Shown one piece after another: positions 10,331-23,358 of a stretch of 64,000 nucleotides of DNA. Numbering within the stretch: the first letter of the stretch is position 1; every line of letters begins with the position of its first letter. The notes below the pieces were generated by a model. The model worked only from the letters and a program-made list of their open reading frames with translations, was not told the DNA's origin and made no database searches. Origin of the DNA: Camelus dromedarius (Eukaryota); NCBI RefSeq assembly GCF_036321535.1, contig NC_087447.1, positions 34,288,001 to 34,352,000 on the forward strand. Reading direction: 5' to 3'. Both the position numbers and the translations under genes were made by a program.

Positions 10331-12589
10331 CTCCAAGGGGTAACAGCTGTGCGTTCACCCCAGCAGGTAGCAGGACCCTGTAGATCTTCAGGAATAGAAG
10401 TGGCTCCTTAAAACCTCCTACACATTGGAGAACTGTTTCTCATTCACCAAGCTGCCTCTCTCAGCACCTTTCTTCTTCCTCCTCTCATTGCTGTAATCTT
10501 CCATGAATTAAGGGAGAGATCAGCCCCTTTCTGTGTGGACCACATAGGACAAAGCTGGTGGGAACAAGGTTTGTGAAGGTTTGCCCTGAAGTGTGATCTG
10601 GTTCTTGCCAGTTGTTGGCCTCTTTTTTCAGCTCATGGCCTTCTGACCTATCCCCTGGGTGTGAAAATTCAGCACTGACCCTTGTAGGGAGTGACACCCC
10701 CATCCCTCACCCTCAGCTTAGCCCAGCTCCCTGAGTGTGACCTCTCTTGTATTCTCATGGTAGCCACAAGATCAGGCTCCAGGCCCTGTATTGGGCAACC
10801 CCAGGTGGTGCTGACCCCCCAGAGGATGGATCTGCCCTTTGCTGACAGCATCCTATGTTCTAGACCTTTTCATTGCTGGCATCCAAGAGATCCATCCCAC
10901 ATCTTCCAGCACTCGCTTATTCCCATGTTTGTCTTCCCTCCTCTCAACTTCTCTGAATTTTTTGCACTTGCCCAGCTTCAGTAGACACGTGATAAATATC
11001 TCCTGAATGAAAGCAGGAGTGTTCATCTTGCTCAAGGCAGAATGAGGAGGGGAGGAGAATCGGGCCAGAAAGCAGGGTTTGAGGCTTTAATCCCAAAGAC
11101 CTGCTCCTCCATGAACTTTCCTTCCCTCACCTATAAACTGATGATCTGTGAAACTCCTTTTCACTCCTAAATCCTGCAAGTCCAGCCCCTGTCTGATAAA
11201 CTAATTTGTGTCCAGCTGTTAATGGCTTAATGCGTTTCCCAGATAACGGATTTCAGTTTAACAGGGGTCTTCCACTCTTCCAGCCAAAGCAGTGACTAAT
11301 AGGGGAAAGTTCAGACACTGTGGGGGCCGGCCCGGGGAACAGCAGACAAAATGGGCTCTCTCAACAGGCTTGAATGTGGGCTGGTGCCTTTCCACCCACA
11401 GATGAGGCTGACTGGGGAGATGTCAGCTTCTATGTGGTACAAGGCTGACAAAAGGGAAGATCAGAAGCAGTGTGCCACTCCCGAGGGAAGGATAAGCTAG
11501 CTAGCTTGACATGGGGAATCCACTATTTCCCCACCAAATAACTGGGCTTGAATAGGAAAATGGTACAGAAGAAATTAGCATCACCTGTCAAATGAAAATC
11601 TTAGTCATATTAGTGGCTATTAAGCATGGCACAGGGCAACTTTTGCTTACTCATCACAGCCATGCTAAGAAAAGTGTTTTTCCTTATTTTGCAGATAAAG
11701 GCTCAGAGACGGAGAGTGATTGGCTCTGTTTAACCAGCTCGGAAGCCACCAAACAGATCAGCCTGCCTGACCCCCTATCTCTGCAGTGTCTGTGTTATTG
11801 TCAAATTATATACAGGAAATGAATTCCTGGAAATGCCATCCCTGGGATAATGAGGACGATCTATGAGCAGACATTTTTACAAGGGGCTTTAAGACTTATT
11901 GTAAGTCTCCTTCCCACTCTGGAAGGGCCCTGAGATCTTGAAGGAAGATGTATAACAGTTAAAATAAAAGGCTCGAGGAAGTACATAGCTGGCAGGTTCT
12001 TCAGGACTCGAGCATCAACCTTAAGAACAGCACTAATCCTTCCTGGAGAAGAAAAATCTCTTACTGAAAGCCAGCAGCAAGGAGAGCCTGAGCATAGAAG
12101 ATGCCATCTCCCCTCTACCAGCCTTAAAGGACAGTGAGACCCCTGCCAAACTGGTAACATTGGGGTCTGCTGGGGGTCCAAGGAGATCCACCAGAGGGTT
12201 TGAAAGTAAGATGAAGGGCTTTCAGGAGGGCAGACACAAGGGCACAGTGACTAGCCTACAAATGAGTGAATATGCCCCTAGAAAGGGCAGGGCTGGCTGG
12301 GCCAGCAAGGGATTTCTCTCCCCGCCTCCCACCTCCTTTTCTTTTTTCTTAAGATAAAGAATTATGTAAAGGCATCTCCCAGCGCACATACAAAACGCCA
12401 CTGCCTTTAGTGTGTTCCCGGAACAGGGTTTAACTGGTCGCCCCCTGGCTCCCCACACAATTTACTTTCTTCCTTCCAGTGATGGGGGTCAGATGGCGGT
12501 AGAGAATTTCTGAGTGGGACAGGGTCCCCCACCACCCCTCCCATTGTCCCTGTGGGCTGCTCTCTCCCTGGACCAGGCCATGCACCGTC

Positions 12590-12990
12590 ACACCTTCACG
12601 CCTTTGTCCAGGCTGTTCCCTCAGCTTGGAAGCGCTTTTCCTTCCGTCTCTGCTGAATGATAACCCTGTTGACCCAGAGGCAAACTAACTTGGTTGGTGA
12701 ACTTCTCTTCAATCCCACCCTTCCATCAGAACTATTTACGCCCTCGTTTGTGGTCCCCAATATTTTGTTTCTATCTTCTTGATGGCCTTTCTTATAGTCC
12801 ATCTTCTCTTGTAGTTGGCAGCTGGCATATTCCATTTCCTGTTGTGGGTCTTAGTATTGATAATATTATTACCACTAGATTATAAATGGCTTAGAAACAG
12901 GTGCTCTATCTTATTCATCTTTGTACACGCAGACTGATACTTAGCTTATCATTGGTATAATTAAACACAGTTAACAAATTCAGAATGTCA
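12590..12990 (+). mobile_element. L2 3' fragment
   Basis: cctttgtccaggctgttccctcagcttggaa...ccactagattataaa...tcttattcatctttgta. Confidence 0.65.
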
Positions 12991-15039
12991 GGGCTATAGA
13001 AGGCTGAAAAATCACCCAGTACCCCCCACCCACTTTTCCAGGAGAATCCCTGAATACAGCTCATTCCACTGTAACATGCAAAATGGACTGAAAATAAGCC
13101 CAATTGTATTGAGAGGCTGGAAACACTGGGAGTGAGGGTGTATCAGGGAGGCCCTCGGGAAGCAATCAGAAAATTCATGGTGACTCAACAGACTGAAGGG
13201 CCTCTTATTTGCTGAGAATCTGGGCATTTGATATTTCCTTTTAAACATTGCTAGGAGAGCTTTTTGAGAGCAAAGATTATACCTTATTTCTCTCTACAGC
13301 CGCCCAGACACTGCCAAACATAGAAGGGGTGTAGGGTAAAAAATAAATTTCAGGATGAATGAATGAGGGATTAAAGACTAACTTCAAAGCTGCAGGGCAA
13401 GAGGTTTTGACTTATACAAGGCAGCCGAACTGGTCCCAAGCAACAGAGGACACATCTCGGAAGAGCAGGCTTCTCGTATGTGAGGGTTGCCAGGTGCCTC
13501 TGGTATTTATTTGCTCTACTCAACACCTCAGGCCTGGGGGCTCCTCCTCCAGCCTCTCCCCCTCCCACCACCTCCATGAGGCAGATAAGGGTTGAAATTG
13601 CACAATCTTTGGGTGACCTCTGACCCCTCCTTTGAAGGGCCTCCACCCGGTCAGGCCTCTCTCCAACTCCCACCCTCAGAGGCGCACCACCTCCAGCTCT
13701 AACCCCAGTGAGGTGTCAGGATGTGGGGACCAGCAGACTTTTCCAGAAGTGGCTTAAAGACTTGTTTTAGACTTGTCTAGTCCACACATTTGGGTTAGGG
13801 GTTCACATAAGGTGAAATAAAATAAATGATTTAAGGCAAAAAAAAAGTTGGAAAAAAATTCTGCCACAGAACTGTGGGCCCAGAAATATGGACAGTTATT
13901 GTCAAAGCACTTTAAAAAGTTAAATGGTTTCTAATTTTTGTCCTCTGTTCTGGTTTTGCCTCTGAATGATTCAGAGAAACAGTTTGGAACAGAGCTGCCC
14001 TCAAATTCTCACTGGGTCGCACTGGGTTGTGGGGTTTTACTTTGTTTGGTTTTTCGGTGGTTGTGGTTTGGTGAGGGAGAGGGTAGTGTGGTTTTGTTTA
14101 TTTTATTTTCCCTGTGGGATCAGCCCTTTCATTCGGGGCCAGTTCTGGTCACCGGGGATTAAGGTTAGCAATTTAAAAGGCATCGTCTTTCCCAAGGGGC
14201 TGTGGTCTACGCTCCCTGGGAACTGTTGAGGAATTGAGCGCCTCCCTAATAAACTTTGCTCTAAGGAGTACTGTCGTTTTTCACAGAAAAGTTATATGAC
14301 TGAGCAATTAAAGGAACACAAATGCCCTAGAAGTAGGCTAAATATTATTTCCCAATGGTGTTTTTTTTTTTCCCCTAGGAACAAAAGCAGTAGATAAATT
14401 GATTCCACTTTTGTTAGGCATCCTGATCTCCCAGGAAATTGCTGTACACACACACACACACACACCAAACACACACATACACCAAGCAGTGTACACAAGC
14501 TACCCTCAGGGGTCCTCCTTCCCCCAGCCCAGGAAAGGGGGACTATGATGAGTGCCCCTGGGGTGAGGATGGAACTGGACCTCTGGATCCACTACACAGG
14601 GCCTGAGATGAGGGCAAACAGGAGGAAACAGATGTCTGAGATGCACCCGCTGAGAGAGTGTGTGTGTACACAATCACCCCTCTATTCCAACGTCAACAGA
14701 GGACAGCCCGGGAAATCCCAGAATGAGGGCACCATTGTTTAGCAAAGGAAAACTCCCAGCGCCACTAATGACTCGCTTTTGGCTTCCATGCGGGCCCATG
14801 AAATTATGCTGGTCACAATCACTGCTGCTGTTGATCAAACAGCCTCGGCAGTGCAGGGCATTAACTAGTAGAGAGGTTCTCCCGAACCAACTCCCTTTCA
14901 CAGTTTCCTTTCTGGTCATGCTCCAGTCAAATGTGGATATTGAGAATTCAAGGTGACTTGGTTTTATGTTTATCAAAGCACTTTACATCAGTTATCCAGG
15001 TAACTCTTCTGTGAACTAAAATGGCTGGCTGGCATGATT

Positions 15040-15460
15040 TCCAAGAGGACACTGAGGCACAGAGAGGTTAAGTGAGTTGTCCAAAGTTGCACAGGTGTTT
15101 AATGAGAGGTCCAAGCTAGGTCTTAGATCTTATTGGCTGCTATCCAAGTCTACTCTCATGGGTTCTCAAGACAAGTGGACTTTACATAATAACAGTATTA
15201 TTAACAAAAGCAATAGCAGCAACAATAATTAATGCTTTCATAAGGGAATTTCTATGTGCCAGGTACCATTCTAAGAAGTCTACATGTAAAATCTCATTGA
15301 ATCATCATCATAACCTATGATGTAGGCTTGAAAATTACACCTTAGAAAGGGGGAAGCAGGACAGAAAAGTTAAGTAGCTCACCCAATGTCAGAGCTGGTA
15401 AGTGACATTGCTTGGATTTAAACTCTGTTTAGCTGCAGAATCTACATTTTTAACCCGTGC
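15040..15460 (-). mobile_element. Two tandem MIR fragments
   Basis: actgaggcacagagaggttaagtgagttgtccaaag, and ctatgtgccaggtaccattctaag...aagttaagtagctcacccaatgtc. Confidence 0.8.
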
Positions 15461-15476
15461 TGTTCTGTCTGTGTGA

Positions 15477-15495
15477 TGACGTCATAATCACGTGA
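15477..15495. promoter_or_regulatory. Adjacent palindromic CRE (TGACGTCA) and E-box/CLEAR (TCACGTGA)
   Basis: Exact motifs at 15477-15484 and 15488-15495; function untested. Confidence 0.4.
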
Positions 15496-16619
15496 ACCTA
15501 AGATCAATATATAATATAAATATACTCCACTGAAAGAGTTTTGGCAAATAATAGGTACCATTCCCACTTAGTGGGGGTTTTTTGTTTATTTGTTTTTGCT
15601 AGTTTTTCATTTTTGTTTGGTTTTAATGATTTTTGTTACCACAAATAAAATTCCATCAAATGCACCAAATTTTTTTCTCAGGTCAAGCAACTATAGATTG
15701 TTTTTAAATAGATCTGTGACCTGGGTCAAGTTATAAACCTCTCAGCACCTCAGCCTCATCTTGTATAAAACAGGTATGATTATACTTACGTCTTAGGGTT
15801 GTTTTGAAAATCAGGTGAGGTACTACCTATGAAGGTACCTGGAAAACTGTAAATTTCTAGAACTAGTTTCCCAAAATTAACTGATGGTAAACCAAGTTGA
15901 CTACATTCAACGATCTTACACGTGTCTTCTCAACTGCAGGACTTCTGGGAGGTTTAAATATGCGAGCAAGCATCTTGGAGCTCCAACTAGGAACTGGAAA
16001 TGGAGCACTTCCCACATTTGACTACAGAAGCCTTTGGGTGAAGCATTTCTCCGGCTACTATCCCAAGTAACCCACCTCAAGCTATGTCTCCCGCGAAGTA
16101 GAATCTGGTATGTAGTTTCCCTTCAGGAACACTCAGAGCAGCCTGGGGCCATGTGAAGTCGCCCCTAGATTTCCCCACTTGGTTCTGAGACTTTGCAGCA
16201 GGAGACTTAGAACTGCGGTTCTATCATTATAACTGTCAGTCCAGGGACCACACGATATGAGTGGTGAGAGAGAAGGGCTCTGGGACTCCAACAGAAATGT
16301 GACAAGAGATCGTAGATGACCCTCCTCTAATTCTTGGGTCCTACAGTCGAGCTGGTTCCTATCAGGCAGGCTTCTGCAGAGTCACACCAAGGGCTAGTCA
16401 CTCAGAATGTGTGGCTGGCCCCTGACCACAAAACCCTATTGATGATGAATCCCCATCCTTCTAGCACAGAGCAGATGGGTAAAGAATAACATGGGACTGG
16501 CCCAGCACCTGGCACACAACTGGAGGAGAACGCATGCCTTTCTCTGCTCTGACACCACTAGCCTATGGAGGTGGACACAGGGTATCTGAAATGCCCACTG
16601 TTTTATTCTGATAATAAAA

Positions 16620-16850
16620 ATTGCTAACATTTATTGAGTATTTGCATACTTAGAATGTCCCCAACACTGTCTAAGCTAATCACCATCTTCAATCCTCCCA
16701 ATAACTCTTTGAAAGTAGTACCATCAGTATGTTACAGAGCAGGTAATGGAAGCACAGAGGTGTTAGGTAAATTGCCAATCATCCCACAGCTCATAAATGG
16801 AATAGCTGGGATTCCAACATGGGTTTGTCTATATCTATAGCCTTGGACCT
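16620..16850 (-). mobile_element. MIR SINE
   Basis: gctaacatttattgagtatt...aatcctcccaataactct...agcacagaggtgttaggtaaattgcc...gctgggattccaac. Confidence 0.8.
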
Positions 16851-16880
16851 AAAGTTATAGGCCTTATAGGTCATCTAGAG

Positions 16881-17057
16881 CAGTGGTTCTCAAAGTGTGG
16901 TCCTCGGACCAGTAGCATCAGTAATACCTGGGAACTTGTTAGATGTGCAAATCCCTGGGCACCATGCCAGACCTTACTGAATGAGAAACTCAGGTGGGAG
17001 TGTTTTTCACAAGCCCTGCAGCCTATTCTGAGGCCCACTAATGTTTGAGACCCACTG
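16881..17057 (+). mobile_element. MER5A hAT-Charlie DNA transposon, near full length
   Basis: TIRs cagtggttctcaaa ... tttgagacccactg, internal cctgggaacttgttaga..gcaaat, and a decayed 8-bp TSD (atctagag/cttcagag). Confidence 0.9.
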
Positions 17058-18314
17058 CTTCAGAGGTAAGGGCTTTGTACCCATGTGATAGCATCCTATT
17101 ACCTGAGAAAGGTAACAGTCAGCCCCAGCGTGGCCCATTGTCCAAGACTGTCACCTAGCTACAAGCAGGGCACATTAGGGCAGGGGTAGGGAAGCTAGGA
17201 GTTGTTTGAAAAAGGAAAAGAAATAGTGAAGTTGGTGGTCCCAGGGCACTAGAGCCAAGACAGAATGGGGCGGAGGGGAGAGCTGAGGCCCAGCATGGGG
17301 GCAGGAAAAGGCCAGCGCAGTCCAGGCCTGCGGTGAAGATGCCACCAGTTTCATCCCATTCCATTCCATCTCCCACCTCCCTCTGTCCACAGCCACAGAC
17401 TCTCAGGTTGTGCTGGCCTTAATGATCCCTGAGTTTCTTTCCTACCATGTACATGTCCCCACCTCAGCAAAGCCCCTGGCCTCTGCTTGAACCCCTGCAG
17501 TGATGGAGCGCTCACTGCCCCCAGGGTAGTTCTTTTCCCTTTTAGCAGCCTCTCCCACAGTTCTTTCAATAATTCCTCTTCTACCTGTTTTCACGTCCTT
17601 AAAGCATCTTGTTCCATCTGAAAAGGCTCCTGAAAAATTCTTAAAGAGGGGTGTCCAGAAACCCTTATCTGCCACTTTCTTTTGGCTGAACTCACCCAGC
17701 TCCATCACATGGAATAGAGTCAGGCTAGCTGAGCAAAGAGCCCTGGGCCGCCGGCCTGCATGCCCAGCTGTTGTGAAGGACGGCTGTAAAGCCCCCTTCC
17801 TGAAGGAAGGGCTGCAGGGAGGGAGCACTGACTACTTTTCCTTCTCTTCTTCCTGATAAGGACATGGAAAATGACAGCCTGCCCTTCAGAGATTGCCTCC
17901 TTGCCTCTGCCTTCTCAAGGAAATGTTTTTCCAAGACTCATTCAATGTGCGGTGAGAGAGGCCCATCCTGGGCTGGGAAGTTCCATCCCATGCGCCTGCC
18001 CCCCATAACCTGGAGGAGCACCTGCTCCCTGGCATCTCTCCTGTGTCCCAGGAGTGGTGGAAATTTGCTGCCCCATTGGAACCCTTGGCCCTTGGAGCTG
18101 GTAAACATTGGGCTGTGTCAAGGCCCCACAGCAACTCTGCAGTTGGCAGGGATTGAACCCGTCTGCAGGGAAGAGATAGTGAGAGGTCTGTTTTCCCTGG
18201 ACAGACTTATGGTTGGCTGTCTTTTCCGAGGAAGCCAAAGGGGGCTGGGCTGGCAGCCTGGAGATCTGGGCTACAGGCCGTCAAGGTCCCAGTGCATCCC
18301 CCAGAGACAAACTG

Positions 18315-18530
18315 CTTGAATTCAGATTCGGGTTCACCCTGGCTAGCTGTGTGACCTGGGGCAAGTTACTTAACTTCTTTTACTACCTCATCTGCTCATG
18401 GGAGGTATATGGTAGCATCCTCTCTGAAGGTTGCTGTGAGGACCACATGTGACATGCATAGAACATAGGAAGACTGGGCACATTAACCAGCACATGGTCA
18501 GTATTCAATGGATGTTTCCTGTTCCTATTG
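18315..18530 (+). mobile_element. MIR SINE
   Basis: ctagctgtgtgacctggggcaagttacttaacttct...ctcatctg...ggttgctgtgagga. Confidence 0.8.
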
Positions 18531-21524
18531 GTGTTACTGTTTTATACAACTTGATTAGGGATCAAGTTATGCATGACTAGAGCCATTTTAACTTTGCAAA
18601 GACTTTGTTGATTTTCTTGTTTGATCCTAATAACTCAACAAGATGACAGTGTCAAGAATTACCATTACCACTGTACAAGTGAAAACACTGAAGCCCAGAA
18701 AGGTCAAGCGACTGACCCAAAGTCACACAGTATATCCCAAACCATCTAGCCTGCCTTCAGCTCCTAGGCATGGCTGTGAGGGACAGTTTGATTTATACTA
18801 TCGCTGTATATTCCCTCATGTTCTGCAGCTGTCTTATTTTCTAAAATCAAGAGCTAGACTCATGATCTTGGACATAAAATTCCCCAATCTGGACAGTGTA
18901 CAGTCTCCCCTGTCCTGCACCCTCCAGTTTCTATCCTAAGGGGCATCCAAGGAAGAGATCCTACATCTTTTCACTCCCTGACCTGGCTCCTGGGCCAGGG
19001 CTGGGCCAGTCCCTGCCTAGTGTATGAGTCAGTTTACAGCTGGGCTCACTGCCTCATCCAAGGCTCACTGTCTAACCCTGAGCCAGAACTTGAGGGTGTA
19101 TGGTCCTTGGAGTCCTCCACAGGACTACCCCATGCAGCACCCCATCCATTCCCTGAGTAGCCTCCTACAAAGGTCCCAGAAAGTGACCCAGACTCTCTTT
19201 TGCAATGACCCAGATCCAAGCCCATTTCTCCTGAGGCTTCTGGACTGGAGCAAGGCAAGGAGTGTAGGGTGGGAGAAGGAGATTCTGGGGGTATCTGTGC
19301 TCGGGGTTGGGAGTTACCATGTTCTATTCAATGGCTCCAGAAATACCCAGATCTTTCTACTATGTCCTGATAAGCACCATCCCTTTGACATCTGTACTAA
19401 CTGGTCTGTACAAACTAGCTTAGCCGTATGTTCCGGGGAAAGACAACTTATCTCAGTGCTCTTCCTCTAGCTCCAAGAGATGCTTCTCCCCTCCTCAAGA
19501 GATATCAGGCACTGGCTCCGCTGAGCACTCATCGTCCAGGGATGCTCCAATGACATCAGCTTCCTGAGAGCTGGACAGTTCCCCTCACTTCAAAGGCTTG
19601 CTTTGCTCCCCTCCTCCTTCTGCTCCATGTTCACATTCAGATTCACCCTTTAGACCCTGACATCCCATGGAACGGGGTTCTCACAGTCCTCACTGTCATC
19701 CAGAACACAGCATGGCGTCTTCACTGTATCCCTCTATATTAAAGTCAATAGGGCTGAGCACTTAAGAGGGCCGCCTCACTGCAAATGAGTGGTGTTACAG
19801 GGCAGAAAACTGGTGACATTGTTAGAGGAGGCAGGTAGCTAGATATAAGCAGAAAAATGGCAGAAAACCATACATCTTGTGAACAATGGGGATCCTTGGA
19901 CAGACCAAGAAAAGCAGGAACCTCCAGACTTGTAAGAAATTATACATTCTGGGTTGACAAGTGTCCTGAAGGCAGACAAAGAAAGGTGGGACAAGGCAGG
20001 AATCTCCACCATCCTGTTGCTCATTATGACCTCATCTGACTTCCCCGTCAAGACTAAATAAGGACAAAAAAAAAAAAAAAAAAAAAACCAAAACCCTCCT
20101 CCTCCCTCCCCCAGGAAGACGGAGCTGGGATGAAGATCAGGAAAGACAACCCCAAACTCAGCAGAACTGAGTTTAACCCAGAGCAGGAGCTCTTCATTCT
20201 CATGTTATCCTACACTTAGGGAACAGTGACGGTCCACCAGGAGGCTAGAAAGTGCTAAGGAAATACTTCCTCAACAAATACATCAAAACTAAGGAATGTG
20301 GCAAATTCAGAACAAAATTAAGGAGAGGGCATGAACTGGGGTAACCCAGAGTAGACTAATTGATTCATTCATTGACCGAATATTTACTAAGTACTTACTA
20401 AGTGCCAAGCACTGAGCTAGACATCAGGGACCAGCAATAAAGATGACAGATCAAAATCCTGGCCTGGTGATGGAACTTACATTTTAGTGGACGGATCTCC
20501 AAGGACAGTTAAATCTAGGAGACACTTAGCATGACCTCCCCTCAGATCCTAGAGGTCTGCCTTGTTTCACTCTGATGTACATGTTCACCCTGTGTCAACC
20601 AACTTCTAAAAAGTGAATAACTTCAGAAATGGAAAAACCTGTTACGGAGCATTTTGATTTTAGTCTTGTGACCGAACATTGTCTAACTTTTGCTTCCCTG
20701 TCATCTCTTATTAGCTATATTTCTGCTCAGTTTCCAATCAGACCTGCTAACTGGAATTTTTAACCTGAGGCTGTGGTCCTCCAGGAGTCCCCATGGATGG
20801 CAGGATGTTAGACAAATCTATATTTTGCAGAGGGGGAAGAGGCCTGGAAGGGAGGAAGGACCACTGCTTCTGCAGATTTTCAAAAGGGTATGTAACCTCA
20901 AAAGAAGTTGAAATCCACAGCTCTCATCTTTTTCCACTTCAGTGATATTTCCCATCGTCTGTGAATGTTGACTCTCTTTTCCTATAACAGTCTCTCATAG
21001 AGCTGAGACTGAGTGGCATGTGGGGTTTGCTTTCAGAAACTCTGTGAGTACAGCGCTGGTATTTTTCCAGGCATGGCAAAAAACGGGGCTTAATTCATTC
21101 ACTTCCACATTGACATAAGGGGGAATGCTCCAATTCCTCGGCTGCTGAGAAAGGCAGGGTTCCCCACCATGCATCACACAACCCTCTTTCACTTGATTAT
21201 TATTGGAGTCTTACCCCTGGCCCTGACTCCACACCGTGGGTCTATACCATTTCCCTGAGTACACACAATCATAGAGTCCTTTGAGCCAAGGAAAATAATA
21301 CTGTTCTGATAGTCAAAGGCAAGAACAGACTTCCTAAGCAGGTTGTGCATCTGCCAGAATTCCTGCTTGCTCTGCTTATTCCTGAACTCCAGATATCAAT
21401 CACCATCTCTATAGGGTAGAGAAATGGAACAGAAAATACAGACAGTCTCCTGTTATTTCATTTTGTTGAAAGCAAGTAGCACGTTCAAGTGGAACATTTC
21501 AGAGTCAAGGTCTTTGTAAGCATT

Positions 21525-22089
21525 CCTGCCTTCACTGCTTCCACAAACACATATGAAGTGTCCACTGTGCTCCAGACACTTTCTAAGTGCAGAGGACACA
21601 ACAATGAACAAGGTAGGCACGGTTCCGGTCCTCCTGGAGCTTATGGACTAGAACAGGGAAAGACATCCCAAGTGAACACAAGTGTGCTGAGAGGTATGAG
21701 AAAAATATGAGAACATGAAACTAAGAGACCCTATATAGTATCATAGTGTCAAAGAATGAGGAAGACATCCCTACTGAAGAAACAGCCATGCTGAGAGACC
21801 TGAGGAGACGCTGCTGAAGCCAAGGTGTATGGAGGAAGAACAGATTAGGAGCCACTGAAGCTTGTGCAAAGGCCCTGAGGCCAGAACTAGTGCAGCATAT
21901 TGCAGGAACAGGACAAAAGCCTATGTAACCAAAGTACAGAAAGTAAAGTCAAAAATGGCTAGAAACAAGGCTAGGGAAGAAATAAGGGATCTGCATAGAT
22001 AGGGTTTGTATGTCATTGTAGGGATTATGCTGAGAGCAATGAGGAGTCATGAAGAAGTACCAAGGAGGGGTGTGTGTGTGTGTGTGTGT

Positions 22090-22174
<85 letters not shown>

Positions 22175-22400
22175 GTGATCAGATTTGACGTTTTAAAAGA
22201 TCATTCTGATCACAGTGTGGAGAGTGGACTGAAGATGGGCATGATTGCATGTGAGGAATCTGGTTCAGAGGTTTCTTCAGTAGGCCTGGGGAGAGATGCT
22301 GGTGGTTTGGCCCAGGGTAAAGGTAGTGGATGTGAAGGGAAGTGGACTCACCTAAGAGAAAACAGAGAGTACTAATCAACAGAGCTTGATGGTAGGTTAG
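21525..22400 (-). mobile_element. L2 fragment (reverse), interrupted by a microsatellite
   Basis: ctgtgctccagacactttctaagtgcagaggacaca...tgtgcaaaggccctgaggc...gatcagatttgacgttttaaaagatcattctg. Confidence 0.75.
22070..22167. repeat. Compound (TG)n(AG)n microsatellite
   Basis: Direct inspection; long pure AG run. Confidence 0.97.
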
Positions 22401-22723
22401 ATGTGCAGCTGAGGAGGGCAGGATTAGTCCTCTGCTCAATCATTTCTACTTGTCCCCAGAACAGTTCTAGACCCCCTTCCTACTCCTCTCCCAGGAGTGG
22501 ATACTCCAGATGGGGGTATAGCACACCAGGTATAAAGCTGAAACCAGTCACTAATTCTAGACACTCCAATGACACCAGCCATTGTTAAGTTCCAAGCCTG
22601 CTCCTACCTGTAGACTTTGTGTTGGGGATTCCACTGCCTGGACCAGGCTCCCCTGGTCTTCACATGGTTGGTGCTTCAGCTCTAATGCTACCTCACCAGA
22701 GTGGTTTTCATTGAGCCACTCTT

Positions 22724-23342
22724 TTTTTTTTTCTGTCATTATCTTCATTTTTATTACTGAAGTATAGTTGATTTACAATGTTGTGTTAGTTTCTGGTTTA
22801 CGGCAAAGTGATTCAATTGTATATTTATACATTTTTTTTATATTCTTTTTCATTATAGGTTATGGCAAGATATTGAATATGGTTCCCTGTGCTATAAAGT
22901 TGGACCTTGTTGTTTATCTATCTTATATATAGTAATGTGTATCTGCTAATCCCTAACTCTTAATTTATCCCTCTCCCACCCCTTTCTCCCCTGGTAACCA
23001 TAAATTTGTTTTCTGTGTCTGTGAGTCTCTTTCTGTCCTGTAAATAAGTTTATCTGCATCATTTTTTTAGATTTCCCATATAAGGGATACCATATGGCAT
23101 TTTTCTTTCTTTTTCTGGCTTAGTTCACTTAGTATGACGATCTCCAGGTCCACGCATGTTGCTGCAAATGGTATTATTACATTCCTTTTTATGGCTGAGT
23201 AGTATTCCATTATATATACATATATATTATATTATATATAATATTATACTTTGCACATTTATGTATCTCACATCTTCTTTATCCAGTCATCTGTCAGTGG
23301 ACAGTTAGGTTGCTTCCATGTCTTGGCTACTGTAAGTAGTGC
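22724..23342 (-). mobile_element. 5'-truncated LINE-1 3' end (same type as 208-637), inserted into an L2
   Basis: T tract, then gaagtatagttgatttacaatgttgtgttagtttctgg...catgttgctgcaaatgg...ttccatgtcttggctactgta. Decayed 16-bp TSD at 22708-22723 and 23343-23358. Confidence 0.92.
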
Positions 23343-23358
23343 TCATCAAGCCACCCTT

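Noticed and set aside
22006..22375. ORFs with (ER)n repeats
   Set aside because: Translation of the (AG)n microsatellite.
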